Positions 1-13,916 of a stretch of DNA of 64,000 nucleotides are shown here, in pieces. Made by a program: the position numbers and the translations under genes. Each line of letters begins with the position of its first letter. The first letter of the stretch is position 1. The notes beneath the pieces were generated by a model that did not search any database, was not told the DNA's origin, and saw nothing but the letters and a program-made list of their open reading frames with translations. Source of the stretch: Eledone cirrhosa (Eukaryota); assembly GCA_964016885.1 (NCBI GenBank), contig OZ024745.1, positions 55,986,001-56,050,000 of the forward strand, in the 5' to 3' direction.

Positions 1-2109
1 ATGTGTATATCTTAATTCTGAAAGTTTCCACTTTCCCTGCAGGCTAAATACTTAATACTAAAAGGCATTGTCAATATAAATTGACATTTGTAACGCGTTG
101 ACAGCTTTGATTGTGCTAACCTACTAAGGCACAAACTATATGGATATATGCGTTGTAATGTAGTGTTGAAACCATGGGAATCATTTTCTAGGCTCTAATA
201 CATTCATAAAATATTTGCATGAAAATTCTAAATTATAGATACGCCTTTGTAAATCAAATCGGTTTTGGCATAACTATTGTTTTCTAATTATTTGTTTTCA
301 CTTTTATATTCCCCTTAAAATAGTAAATATAAACTAATTTTTTTTCAAAGTTGACATCTGAAGATGACCATTAATATTTGGTGATAATATTTGCAATTAA
401 TATTCAGTGAGTTACAATTTCCGATTTTTGTTATTTCTAGCTAGACCCTTGTCAGACTTCATTGAACAAACCTGTGATTAATGGCTTTGTTTTGGTAGCC
501 GTTTTTTTTTTGTTTTTTTTTTGTATTCGCAACTAGAAAACCATATTTCAATATATCATTTGTCTTAGACATGAGTGCTCTTTGTGTATTGTTTAAATAT
601 TATCTCTATTACTTTGAGTAAATAGATAGAGGTTCCATCCGATCGTGAGAAGAGTTAAATATATCACGTTGCAGTTTCACCCAGATAGGATCAATGAATA
701 CAACTTGTGTTTAAATACATCCGGTCGTGATATTTCGTTTTCTCCAGACATTGTTTATGTAGGAAAGTACGCAATTCGCTTCCCATTCTCTTTTGAAAAA
801 AGTATGTCAGATTTAAGGGAGAAGTGATTTTTCCTTCCAGCAAATCAGGTGAGACCGTAGAGGATTCGTCACTCATGTAAAGCTTTGGTAAGTATTCATA
901 TAATCAACATAACTTATTTCATTTATATAAGCAGAACGAAACATTGCACCCACCTAAGGACACTTTTCAACCATGTTTATACCTACTTTTGTAATTATAT
1001 TTTTATGTAATTATATTTATATTTTTATCTGCAAAATCTATAAATAATATTGATCTCTGAATACAACCCCCCCCCAAAAAAAAACACGCACATCACAAGA
1101 CAATTAAAAAGATTCTATGTCCACCTTAGGTTTTCACTAACACCGAAAATACTGACATTTTGCCAATTGCACCCCACCTAATTACTCACACAAGACAAAA
1201 CTTCACAATTATCATCTGGATCATTATTGAAAATAGAAAATAATTTTCTGTTTTAACAAAATTAATACTATTGAAACCCGACCTATTGAACACCACCTGC
1301 ATCTTCACCACCGCACCTTTATCATAATACACCATATTAGTAATGGCCATCCCCCTTTAATAGCTGATTAACTATAGTATTACCAAGAGTTATTCCCTTT
1401 TGCATTAGGAAAACAAAAGATTATTTAAGACATACAGCTATCCCCCTTTTCCCGAGCGAATCTCAGGTTAATAACATCGTCCGTCTTCATTTACAGTTGC
1501 TTGAAGGATATCGAGGCATATAAACTAGCGAAACGAGAATCTAGCATACCTGCAAGGTCTGAGACAGAAGGTAGCAACATGTACGTGTTGAAGGCAATAA
1601 CCATTATATATAATATATAGAAGTATATTCTAATATATATGTTCTTTATGAAGGTGAAGTGGTGAATGTGGAAGTAGGATTCAACAGGTCAACATTCAAT
1701 TAAATTCACTTCGAAGGTCCAGACAGCATATTTAATTAGTGCGTGTTTTGTGTGGGTATTAAGGTGGGTTCAATTGTGTTGAAAGGTCAGTATTTGGGGT
1801 TTGTGAAATAAGTGTGTGTGTATACCGCTTGTATCAAGAGAACATAATTATTCTTAATAATTGCAGATAAAAGCAAGGATAAACATATAAATGTAAAAAG
1901 AATAAGAATAAAAATGATAGAAATTGGTATTGTGGGGTGTTGAAGAGACTGGGCTCTTGGGAAATTTGCAGAAGAAGAGAAAGAAGGGAGAGACAAAAAT
2001 AATAATAATAATTGTTTATAATTTAGAAAAAAGGCCAACAATTTTAATGGCAGGGGAAAGTCGATTAAATCTACCCCAATGCTTACTGGGACTTTATTTG
2101 AAGGATGAA

Positions 2110-2615
2110 ATGCAAAGCTAACATCGTTGGGATTTTGACGTCATAGGAAACAAAGGTTGTGTGCTCACTTAGTGTTTCGGGTAAGATGATTTTGCATGTC
2201 TAGATAATGTCGTAGCTCTGCACATGTTATTGTTAGTGATTTAAAAGGATGTCCAGAAAGATGATCAAATTGTGTGTTTCACAAGCAGGATATGCTATAC
2301 TTGACATGTGCTTTAAATTGTTAGGATGTATTTCGTTGTCGGCATTTTACATGTATCTATTTGCATTCGTGCTGTTTCGGTCGACCATAGAATATGCAAG
2401 TTTTAAATGAGGCCTATATAATTAATTTCTTTCTGAAGGCCTTTGCGTTGCTTATTTAGTTGTGTTAGAAGATTTTCCATTATTTGTTCATTGTTTGTAG
2501 CTGGGTGATTTTTCATATTAACAGATATCTTCTAACATTCTAGATGCCACATCATTGGAGTAGTTTGTGATCATGATGACAACAGTACTACCTTTAGCAG
2601 CTTCTTTAACATTCG
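2110..2615 (-). pseudogene. Degenerate Penelope-like RT fragment
   Basis: Minus-strand translation in broken frames gives VKEAAKGSTVVIM, FYGRPKQH, AYPACETH and FVSYDVK, in the same order as IKQADKGGAVVIM, LYGLPKVH, AGPTCPTH and LSFDVV of the PLE at 24 kb. Confidence 0.7.
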
Positions 2616-2809
2616 TCTCCATTCCTTCCTCTTCTCACTTTGTATATTTTTATCTCAATATTTATTTCTCATTCTCTCATGAGATGAATCACTAGTATCC
2701 GAAACGTAAATACTATTTTCCTACTGCATCAAGCATTGACCTAATATATTTCTTCATTGCAGTGTGTTGTTTAATTTGTTGTTTCCGTTTAATTGTTGCA
2801 TATGTATGT

Positions 2810-2860
2810 ACACACACACTCAGACACACACAGATACACACATACACATGCCCACACACA

Positions 2861-2898
<38 letters not shown>

Positions 2899-2917
2899 AC
2901 ACACACAGACACACACG

Positions 2918-2976
<59 letters not shown>
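2810..2976. repeat. Compound (CA)n(TA)n microsatellite
   Basis: Direct reading. Confidence 0.95.
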
Positions 2977-2979
<3 letters not shown>

Positions 2980-3648
2980 CCATTCCTAGTCTCCATTAAG
3001 TGTCCAATCTAAGTAATTTAGATATTATATATCTATAATTTACTTAACGCTTAAAAGCCTAATGAATATTATTGAAGTCTTCTGTCATTCTTAGATTTTA
3101 CATCTACCTGACATAACCAGCTAACCGCAAACAATCGGTTTCATATTCAAGATATTGCGTTTGTACTGAAATATTCTATATTCATTGGAATGGAAACTTT
3201 TCATAATACACCAATGTATACATTAGTATATATTCTGGAATAACTACAAACCACTCAAAGATTTTCATCATTAAAAGAATGAACAGTCAATACATATTAT
3301 TTCCCGCTGCAATGAACATTCCTCTGTGAAATGCGATAGAAATATTAGAAATGGTTTTCAATGCACCTCACAAATAAGTATTTTAATTTTCAGAACTGTA
3401 TTCTAAGAGCCATATAACATTAAAGTTGATGTATTAAATTAATATCCCCAAACACATCAACAAATGATTATTATTAACGATGAATATGACAATTTTACTA
3501 TCTAGATTGTTGCAATTATAAAGAGACTAGTTTGATTAATATAAAGTGTATGTTTTAAAATGTTCAAATATTTATTGTAATCTCAACAAGCAAAAACAGA
3601 ATATAGGATGGAAATATGTTTACACGCACACCCACACACCCACATATA

Positions 3649-4751
3649 CAGGGGTTGGACAAAATAATGGAAACACCTTAAAATTTCAAACTAATTTATT
3701 TTAATATAGGGTAGGACCACATTTTGCAGTAATTACATCTTGAATTCTACGAGGTATGGACTCCTACAAAGTTTGAATTGTTTCCAAAGGAAGTTTTGTC
3801 GATTCTTCAGCTAAAACAGTCTCCAGTTCTTGTAGTGATCATGGTGGAGGATATCAACTCCTTACTTGTTTTTCTAAAATGCACCATAAATGTTCAATAA
3901 TATTGAGATCTGGGGACTGTGGTGGCCAGATAAGATGTTCAACTTTACTAGAATGTTCTTCGTGCCATTCAGTAACAACTTTAGCTGTGTGAATTGGTGC
4001 ATTATCATCCTGAAAGATTGCGTTTCCCTCCGGAAACAGTTCCGCCACCATAGGATGAATATGAATTTGATCAGATAAAATGCTTAAATAATCTTGACTA
4101 TTAATTCTGCCATGAAAGGAAACCATTGGGCTGGCGGATTTCTAAGATATAGATACCTCCCACCCCACCCCCGATCATCACAGATCCTCCTCCTTGTTTA
4201 ACAGTTGGAAGAAGGCAGTCTGGGTCAAATGCTTCTTTTTGGCTGTCTCCACACGTATACTCGGCCGGTGGTCGGAAATAGGGTGAAGGATGACTAGTCC
4301 GAGAAAATAACATTCCTCCACTGCTCTAGGGACCAATTCTGTAGGGTTTTACTCCACTCTAAACGCTTTGCAACGTTTGTTTTGAAAGTAGTGGTTTTCT
4401 GATTGCAGCCTTCCCGTGAAATCCGGATTTGTGCAGCTCCCGGCGAACAGTTTTTGTGGAAACTAGGTTCTCGAGGTGGTCATTAAGCTCTGCAGTAATT
4501 TTCGGAGCTGTACTTTTGTGATCCTTTCTAACAATTCGGGTAAGAGCCCGACGGTCCCTATCTGAAAGTTTTGGTTTTCTTCCGGGGTTTTGTTTCGACG
4601 GGGATGTTTTTCCCTCTTTCGCAAAGGCTGTCATTACTATCGAGACAGTACTTCTTGATACATCAAACATTTTGGCTGTTTTCGTTACGCTAGCGCCTGC
4701 CATACGAGCACCAACAATTTGACCTATTTGAAAGTTCTATAGATCTGTCAT
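3649..4751 (-). mobile_element. Tc1-family DNA transposon (DD36E spacing), frameshifted, one TIR only
   Basis: TA followed by CAGGGGTTGGACAAAATAATGGAAACACC (TIR) at 3647-3677; ORF pieces GQIVGARMAGASVTKTA, GRKPKLS, TVKQGGGSVM, FQDDNAPIH and WPPQSPDLNIIEHLW; the other end is replaced by RTE sequence. Confidence 0.92.
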
Positions 4752-6110
4752 GTTTGCCATCCTTGATGCGAATGGCGTCACCAGAGAAGACGGCCCATAA
4801 ACTTCACGCAAGAGACTACAGTACAACAGATTTGTGTTATTGGAATCTGACGCAGTTTGTATCTCATCAGCTTTCTCACTCCACTACTGATCCTTCATCT
4901 GAGAAAGACTCCGCCTAACACGTGATTTCCCATCCTTGAGTTCCTTATGCAACATATTCTTCTCCTGTGGTGTTGCCGTCAAGTAGCGTGACAGAGCACG
5001 CCTCTTATCAGCCAACAAATCTTCTATATATTCATCATTCTCATTAAACCAGTCTTGATGTTTTCTCTGCACCAATCCCAGAAAACGCCATCCTACGTCA
5101 TAAACCGACTTTTTAAGGGTCGGCCAATCCTCACCAAGATCTGCAACCTGCATCACTTCTCGCAATGTCCTCTTTACATTTTTATCCCTAAGACGAGCAG
5201 CATTCAATCTTCTGGGCAGGGCAACACCAGGAGCCCGAATTTTACGTTTAGTGATTAGTTTTACTTTTGCGCGTACCAAGCGGTGGTCCGTCCAGCACTC
5301 AGTTCCACGAAGAGCACGAACACACTGCACATCCCGTCTGTCACGTATCCTGACGTAGTCCAAAAGATGCCATCCTTAGATGCAGGATGCATCCATGTAG
5401 TGTTAAATGTGTTCTTTTGTTGGAACATGGTGTTAGTAACACACAGATCCAGCTCCTCACACATCTGCAGCAGGAACATACCATTGTTGTTACACTTTCC
5501 CACCACATGCCTTCCGATTACATTCCATGTGTTAAAATCCCTACCCACTCTAGCATTAAAGTCACCAAGCACGATGACTTTGTCTGCCTGAGGGCTATTT
5601 CTTAATACACCTTTCAATGCATGGTAAAAGGAGACTTTTTCTTCATCGAGAGAATTCATAGTTGGAGCATACACACTCACCAGGGTCGCATATCTTCCTT
5701 TGTCCAACGGAATTCTCATGGACATGAGACACTCACTAATCCCTACTGGGAATTCTTCTGATTTATTCACAAGAACAGTCTTAACAGCAAATCCTACCCC
5801 AGCCTCTCTTCTGTTTCCTTCATCTCTTCCTTTCCAGAAGAATGTATATTCTCCACAAAATTCTATAAGATTACCATATCCAGCTAACCTCGTCTCAGAT
5901 AAAGCTACGATGTCAAGATCGTAACGTCGAAGCTCCTTTGCAACAAGAGCGGCCCTTCGTTCAGGACGCTCCAAGGAATCCCTGTCAAGTAGCGTCCGTA
6001 CGTTCCAGCAGCCAAGACTAAATGCCTTGTTTAGCTCTATTACAGTGGCAGGATGACGAGCGGGCCCAGGCTGTGATAATCTGGGGCCCCTGCCCTTATT
6101 TCCACTTATC
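4752..6110 (-). mobile_element. RTE-clade LINE 5' part (AP endonuclease), frameshifted and 3'-truncated
   Basis: ORFs 5261-6238 and 4884-5363 contain GCWNVRTL, DIVALSETR, SVYAPT, VLGDFNARVG, TWMHP, TDHRLV and RKHQDWFNEND. Confidence 0.92.
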
Positions 6111-6217
6111 TCTTTTGTTCCAGAACCCTTATTGCCAATTATCTCTTTTATATTGTTTCGGAACATCATTGAATTGGGGAAAGAAAAAATAAAGTGATAA
6201 TAATAGTAACAATAATA

Positions 6218-6400
6218 ATTGTTTCTACTTTTTGGCACAATCCAGTAATTATACCATGGTATTACTGGTACTTTATTTTATCGACCCCGTAAGGATGAAA
6301 GGCAAAGTTAACCTCGGCGGGATTTGAACTCAGTCCGTAAAGGGACGTAGCTATGCTGGAAAGCAAGGCGTCCGACCCTCTACCAATACTGCCAATCCAC
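6218..6400 (-). mobile_element. tRNA-derived SINE
   Basis: Reverse complement has A-box TGGCAGTATTGG, B-box GAGTTCAAATCC and body CCTTTCATCCTTACGGGGTCGATAAAATAAAGTACCAG; several copies in the window. Confidence 0.85.
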
Positions 6401-6439
6401 CTCATAATACACTATTAATAATTATTGATTAATGCAATC

Positions 6440-6665
6440 GTGCAATGCCTGTGCGTGACGAATATTTTTAAAGTGACGAAAGTCTTTGCACTGAGCCAAT
6501 CCCACTCTCTGAACGACAGTAGCTATAACCCGAAAAGAAGAAAAGATCAACATCATCGGTAACTACTGAGCCGCAGGTTTTATGTCGGAGTTAACCCAAT
6601 TTCCTGAGATGCCTTCTCCTAGAATGCTCTGACAAGGGCTAGGGTTTCTTCACTCCCAGTGGTTT
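6440..6665 (-). mobile_element. RTE 5'-UTR-like fragment
   Basis: Homologous to 7365-7560 and 44285-44510; contains the reverse complement of CTAGGAGAAGG, typical of RTE 5' regions. Confidence 0.6.
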
Positions 6666-6994
6666 AGCTGCGCGATCGCGTATCCAGCTCGACTATTTCT
6701 ATGTCCACGCGCATAAAGAATAAAAAAAATAAAAAAATCACTTATTGACACTCATACGTACGACATACACACACGCGCACACACTCACATACATACGCGC
6801 GCACACACCAACACTCATGCATACAAACAAACACATACACGCTACTCACTTACACACACATATATATATATATATTACCGTCATTACTGATACAAGGTTA
6901 CAAGATTTTGTCAACTGTTGACTTTCGAAAGCGTTCGTATAGTTGAAGCCGTTCGTGTTACCGTTCAGTATTATTATAATTGCTTTATAGATTA

Positions 6995-7118
6995 GAGCTC
7001 TGGCCCTCCACTCTCCGAGCTCAAATCCCGCCGAGGTCAACCTTGCTTTACATCCCCACGGAGTCAAGAAAAGTGAGCACCAGTAATGCGCTGGAACAAT
7101 CGCTGGCTCCGTGCCAAA
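6995..7118 (+). mobile_element. tRNA-SINE, diverged copy
   Basis: GAGCTCAAATCCCGCCGAGGTCAACCTTGCTTTACATCCC matches the SINE at 6218-6400. Confidence 0.7.
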
Positions 7119-7149
7119 AGCATGCGTACATACATACATACATACATAC

Positions 7150-8110
7150 ATACATGGTGGCTGCCAACTCGTTTTCGAGTACGGCCACTACTTTATATCC
7201 ATGTAGGAGAACCCCTACCGATGCGCTGAACGAATGTGACTTTAGTCCAGCCAGCGACTTGAAAACTCTGGTACAAAGACTACACTTGTGACCATTATTG
7301 ACACATAGTGCAGGGCCCATGGTACCATGTGATGACAAGTGCAGAGAGATCTCCAGATATAAAGCAATGCCTGTGCTGTGAAGCTTTTATAGTGAGCAAA
7401 GGCACTGCACAAAGCCAGTCCCACTCTCTTAACCAAGATGATATTTACCAAAAAGAAGAACAAGTCAACATCATTGGATACCATCAGAGTTGCAGGTGTT
7501 ATATCAGAGTTTTCCTTCTCCTAGAATTCTGCCTTGACAAAGGCTAAGGGGTCATCTCTCCCGGTACATACATACATACATGGTGGCTGCCAACTCGTTT
7601 TCGAGTACGGCCACTACTTTATATCCATGTAGAACCCCTACTGATGCGCTAAACAAGTGTGACTTTTTAGTCCAGCCAGCGACTTGAAAACACTACACCT
7701 GTGACAATTATTGACACATAGTGCTGGGCGCATGGTACCATGTGACGACAAGTGCAGAGAGATCTCCACATATAAAGCAATGCCTGTGCCGTGAAGCTTT
7801 TTTAGTGAGCAAAGGCACTACACAAAGCCGGTCCCACTCTCTTAACCAAGATGATATTTACCAAAAAGTAGAACAAGTCAACATCATTGGATACCATCAG
7901 GGTTGCAGGTGTTATATCAGAGTTTTCCTTCTCCTAGAATTCTGCCTTGATAAAGGCTAAGGGGTCATCTCACCCGGTGATTTTGGATGGCCATTGCCCT
8001 TTGCTTTTTGACAGGTTTTGTTTTTAGTCCTGCAGGATGTCCAAAGTCACTCTCCTCACCAAGAAACCTTGGTGGGGTTGCCAGTTTAGTCGCCAACGTG
8101 TGACCTGACA
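7150..8110 (-). mobile_element. Tandem (426 bp period) bipartite non-autonomous RTE derivative
   Basis: Units start at 7153 and 7579; each joins an RTE 5'-UTR-like block to a 3' end encoding HKCSLCTRVFKSLAGLKSH, followed by an (ATGT)n tail. Confidence 0.7.
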
Positions 8111-8142
8111 TACACAGAAATACATACATACATACATACATA

Positions 8143-8868
8143 CATCGTTCCTGTGTCAGTGTTGAACAAAAAGGTGACGTGGTTGCCTAAACGCTGTTGT
8201 ACGAAGTAATTCAGGCTGTTTGTTTGTTTACAAACAAACAAACCGACCATTATAATAAATATTCGGTAAACCGATACGTGCATATATATGTGTGCATGTA
8301 TGTATATACATATACATACTAATGTACGTCTGTATACATATATGTGTGTACGTATACATACATACATACATACTTACATTTAAGTAAGTGCCGTACTAAG
8401 AGTGAGAAATGAAATTTTGTTTCATTCTATTCCATTTATCGTTTTCGGTGTGCCCGGCCGACTGAACTCACTCGATATGCAAATTAGGCTGCTCAGCCGT
8501 TAATATGCATGAGGAAAGTATATACTTTCAGACGTTTAACCTTCTGGCAGGAAGGTATACGAAGCTGACGATAGCTAATAAGCTTGAAACTAGTATATCG
8601 TTCCTGTGCCAGTGTTGAACAAAAAGGTGACGTGGTTGCCTAAACACTGTACGGCGTAATTCGGGCTGTTTGTTTGTTTACAAACAAACAAACCGAGCAT
8701 TATAATAAATGTTCGGTAAACCGATGTGTGCATGTATGTATATATATATATACATACTACTGTACGTCTGTATACATATATGTATGTACGTATACATACA
8801 TACATACTTACATTTAAGTAAGTGCCGTACTAAGAGTGAGAAATGAAATTTCGTTTCATTCTATTCTA
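8143..8868 (+). mobile_element. Non-coding 453-bp tandem unit (1.6 copies) with hammerhead; pLTR/retrozyme-like
   Basis: Repeat starts at 8143 and 8596; further copies at 39560-40233 and 47862-48177 on the minus strand. Confidence 0.8.
8559..8601 (+). ncRNA. Type-I minimal hammerhead ribozyme
   Basis: ACGAAG-CTGACGA-T AGCT AATA AGCT T-GAAA-CTAG-TA|TATCGT; stem I has one mismatch; stem III is a palindromic tetramer. Confidence 0.75.
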
Positions 8869-10212
8869 TATATATATACATAGAGAAGTCGCACAGATGC
8901 AGTTTGTGACATATTGAACTGGTACTTCTAGCATACCCAGTGAGATATGCGATTATAATACTATATCAGCTGTATTAAATTAAAGGCAATATTTTCAATG
9001 TGTTTTTCTTTCTGTAATCAACTATGGCACGCACGCATCAAGAGTTGGGCAATTGCTCTTCTAGCCTTAGGATCTGTAGAATATGAATTACTCAACCATT
9101 TGCTACGTAATATGCGATCGACATGATATAATTAACTACTAAATATCCCTCAAATTAAACCGTCACCACTTTTCTAAACGAAACATCAGTAGATGATTCT
9201 GTGGTGTTTACCTATGTTTATATATCAGTGTAAATAAGGAGAGATTACAAAATGTAGCTGACTTATGGTCAGACATAAATAAAAGGAACTTTATATTTTC
9301 CCGTGCTCGATAATGTTAATCTATCTGTATATATGTCTCTCTCTCAATCCATATATATATATATACATACCTCGATTATAACTGGAAGTAATTTCAAAAT
9401 CACCAGCTGTAGTGACTGCGACAACATCAGCAGTGGTTGTGGTAGGAATAGTAGTAGATATGTTGGTGCCACCTGATTGGTGCTCTCCGAATTTTGAATG
9501 CACTTAATACATATTCATGAACGTTAAACCTGCAAATGTCTTCCAGAAATTTCCCTTATTGCTTAACACCTGTTTATCCTTACATATTTACATATCTATT
9601 ATATATTTTTACGTTAACTCAATACATAGGCTTATTTTCAGAAAGCATATCAATCTGTCATTTTCAGTAGGCAGTGTAAGTTGTGTATAAAATGTTCTTA
9701 AATATAATTCATTGTGGATTAATGTATTATAATTCTTAACAAGTTCACCGTATGTGTTACTTAGTAATGCACATTCAAAACTTTTGTTTGAAAATAATTC
9801 AATGTCTAACTACAAAATTTTATCATTTTCTTCAAAGGAAATAATTGCTAAGAACGAACTTATTATGTGAACAAGCAGGAGAAAATAATTTATTTAAGTG
9901 GTTTTGCATGTAACTAGTTGATCTTTAACAGATGTTACTATTTAGACATTTTGGTTGCCGTGGTCAATGATACAAAACGCTTTTGTACATTTCAGTTCTA
10001 TTCTGTAAGAACAAGCATGCATACGGTGATATATTTGCTTTGACTTTTCGCACACCCCTAAAAATCAGACACACATACATATATACATGTATGAATACAT
10101 ACATGATATATATATATTTAGGAACTGATGCATACACACATATATGCGAGTGTGTGAATATAAATAAATAAACAAAATGTATCAATAAATAAACAGAATA
10201 TGTACATATATA

Positions 10213-10321
<109 letters not shown>

Positions 10322-10904
10322 ATATATATGTGTATATATATATTATATTATGAATGTTGGATTTTTATAGAATTCCAGTAATAATCAGGAACTGATTATA
10401 CAGAGCCGTTGCCGGTCAAGCAAAAAGTACGAAGCACAGCTCTGTCAGCTTTATCTCCCCTGTTTGCTGAAAATTGAAGTAAGTGAGACTGTCACTACTC
10501 TATACCAATAGCGTAAGGTCTTCGAAATGCTTTTAATTAAGCATACAGTGTATTGCAAAATACACTATATATACATTCATATATATATATATTTATATGT
10601 AATAAAACAAGGACGAATGGTTACTGCTACATAGCGTGTATTGTTTGGTGACGCGTTTTCCGCTATTGATTAGCTCAAGGTTTGATCTGTATCGATCTAG
10701 CACGACTCTGCAATCAATGGCTTGTCGAGCCTCAGTGGTAGTAATGCCAAATAAAACTATATATATATATATATATATATATATGGGATAACAAGTTATC
10801 GTTTTAAGTAGTCCAGTTAGAGGTTGAAAATACTCTGTACTATGGATAGTTTTAACGTACGGTGTTATTTGACTCAACAAGAGCTTTCCTTAGTTTGGTA
10901 GCGA

Positions 10905-11292
10905 GTGTGCCTGGAATCAAGTATAGTGTACCTGTGTACAATCAAATTTGGCAAATTAGCATAGCACTACATAGGTTTTACTGCTGGGGAATTAAAAAAA
11001 AAGATGGTATGTACATTGACATTCTATAAAAAACCGTAGACTACAGAACTCAACGACGTTAACCAATAAGATCTGGCAGCTTAAGGACACCAACCAGGAA
11101 TATGAGATTACCTGGTCGAAGTTATCGAGTGCAAGGGCCTACAATAATGCAATAGTTCACTGCGGACTTTGCCAGATGGAGCTGCTCCATATTTTAAAGT
11201 ATGATAAAATGTTGCTGAACAACAAAATAGAACAATCAATTTTATGCAGATACAAAGCAGCTACCAAGTTCTCTAACTTCAAACCGGCATGA
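10905..11292 (+). pseudogene. Naiad-type PLE GIY-YIG endonuclease 3' fragment
   Basis: CLESSIVYLCTI, HYIGFTAGELKK, TTLTNKIWQLKD, WSKLSSARAYNN, CGLCQMELLHIL and LCRYK parallel the C-terminus of ORF 28043-29512. Confidence 0.8.
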
Positions 11293-12037
11293 TTCGATCC
11301 AGCAATCTCAGAATTCAAGCAGAACAACCCGGGTTTTAATGTACTAGCTTCACACCACTCCACTGTTATTAGCTGTCAACTGACCAACTGTTTATTAAAT
11401 CAACATCATAAATCTCCCAACCTTTCTTTCACTCTCGCTCTAATTAGCTGCATCACCTCCATTAAGATAAAACAATCAGTCTACCAAATATTAACCACCC
11501 GTATATCATCACTGCCCATTTCACTTTTTATTCTCTGTCTACTCCTTCGCCGTGCTTAGCCCGACCCTTTATGTCTCATCCTCCAATCTTTATCCTCACT
11601 CTTTGTCTCCTGTCCCTTACCTCTTCCTCTCTTACTTTTTTTTTATCTTTTATATGTTATTTTTTTTTTTTTTTTTTATTTTAATCCTCTGAGATTTGAT
11701 TATACCTCTTGCATTTAAACCACATATCATGTATTTAGTATTTCTTTTCATGTTATTGTTATCTTACCGTCATCACTATTTTACAGATCCTCTTACTCAC
11801 CACTATAACTCACCACTATATAGTATATCTTTTAATACACACCTGTGGCATCATCTATGGTACTATTATGTTTCTCCCCGTTGTAATGTAATGCCTACAC
11901 CATTTTTATTTTATTTATTTATTCATTATTGTCTCTGTCTCTGTTCGCGCATGCGTTTGCCTGTGTGTTTTCTGTTTAATGTGTGTGTTCGTGTCTGAGT
12001 CTATGTGTGTTGGTGTTCTATCTTGGTTCACTAGTGT

Positions 12038-12073
<36 letters not shown>

Positions 12074-13797
12074 GGGGGGGGGGGGGGAACATTTTGTTGT
12101 GTGATTTACCAATATGTAGAAATGGTCATTCCATTTAGTAAACTATAGAATGTTTTCACCAACTGTTTTGGTTAATTGTTTATTTGTTTCTGCTTTTATT
12201 TTTAAATTGGATTTGTTTCTCAAAATTTGCTTCAGAATATAGTAAGCTCTAGTTTCTAATGTTTAAGATATTTTTAAGCAACGTTTTCCATGGACCACTA
12301 AAATATTTTGGTGACCTTCCAAAATATGTTTGCGAATCCCTGCTGTAGAATATCCCTATACATGTGTACTGAAGACTTGCGTTTGCATAAAAATTATCCT
12401 TGACAGAAATAAAAGACTACATTTTAAAGATAATTAATTATTTGGACTCTACCACTGCAATCAGAAATATATGTCAATAAGAATATTTTATTTATTTAGA
12501 AAAACAAAAATGTATTGCATTAAATACATGTCGAAACTTATTCGATGCATTGACATGCGGAAAACTTACTTATTTCAGATAGATGCCCTCCTCTCATTAA
12601 ATGCTATAAATTATTACTAAATAACATTTCATGGGAAGGTAAATAGGAACATATCTTTACAGTATTGCTGTATGTGCAAGTATGTTAATCTTGAAATATG
12701 TGGGATTAAATTATTGTATGGAAAGTAGTTTTATAGTTTCCGCAAGATTCTCGCTATTTCAGTATTTTAACAGATATTCATTATATATTTTTTTTAAATG
12801 CAAGCTCTCATATATCAAATAAATAAGCATTAAATTCTTCAAATACAAACATCTATTGATACATTCACGTATATCATTTAGCATTCTATAGCTACGTTTA
12901 TCAAAAGATATACTTTCCTACATCTCCAAATCGCATGATCATATTTCTTTATCCCGGAATTATTGAGAAATATCGAATTGAAATGCGGTTAAAGGTTTAA
13001 ATAAAACCCTACGCATATATGTTTAAATAATTCCCGTGAACGTTTGATACATCAAATCTCTTATCAAAAATATTTCTTTTATGAAATATTACTATACGAA
13101 GCTATAGAATTATATATTATTCTGAACATTAATTTCATATTTCTATACATGTCTTATGTTTCAATATATATTTTATAATTTAATATATTCCACCCTCTAG
13201 TTAAATGTTATTCTGGGTTGAAGAAACACATTTTTCTTGGTTAAACACTGGTGTGCCAATGATGCAAAGGTATTCAAAATTAAATATGAAATATCCCCAT
13301 TGTAACAATTATGCACGGATTAAATATATGAATTCAAATGTATTATTGAAACATGACTGCAAGATATATCTGTAATCTCTAACACACAAAGATATAATTA
13401 CGCATCAACATCACAGTAGGATAATGAAATATATGTTAGCTTGTGCACTGCAATATAAGTCAGACGAGTTGTCCCCAGTTATACCAGTATATAATTTATT
13501 TTAGAAATTTTACTTTATAATTCAGATGGCGATAAATCTAACAAATGATTTTTATTATGCTTCATACGATATGATTTAAATATGGTGAAATGTGAAATAG
13601 TGCTCCAAAAAGAACATTTAAATAACCACACATTTTGAATATTTATATAAAGTTATACTTGAATATAGGACAAACAACATACCAGTTTAAGCGCATATAC
13701 ACTTGACCACATGAAAAAAATAAACCATTAATAATATTGTGATTGTATAAAAATATTTGCCCCGAAACACCTAGGAATAAAGGGACACATGCTTAGA

Positions 13798-13916
<119 letters not shown>

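Noticed and set aside
357-395. CTGAAGATGACC..GGTGATAA hammerhead-like motif
   Set aside because: No GAAA and no stem I/III support
2675-2715. GAGATGA..CCGAAACG next to the PLE fragment
   Set aside because: Core and stems cannot be reconstructed
10480-10550. Hammerhead-like CTGAAAA..CTTC GAAA TGCTT..AAGCA TA CAG
   Set aside because: C3-A8 mismatch and an uncertain stem II register; at best a decayed copy
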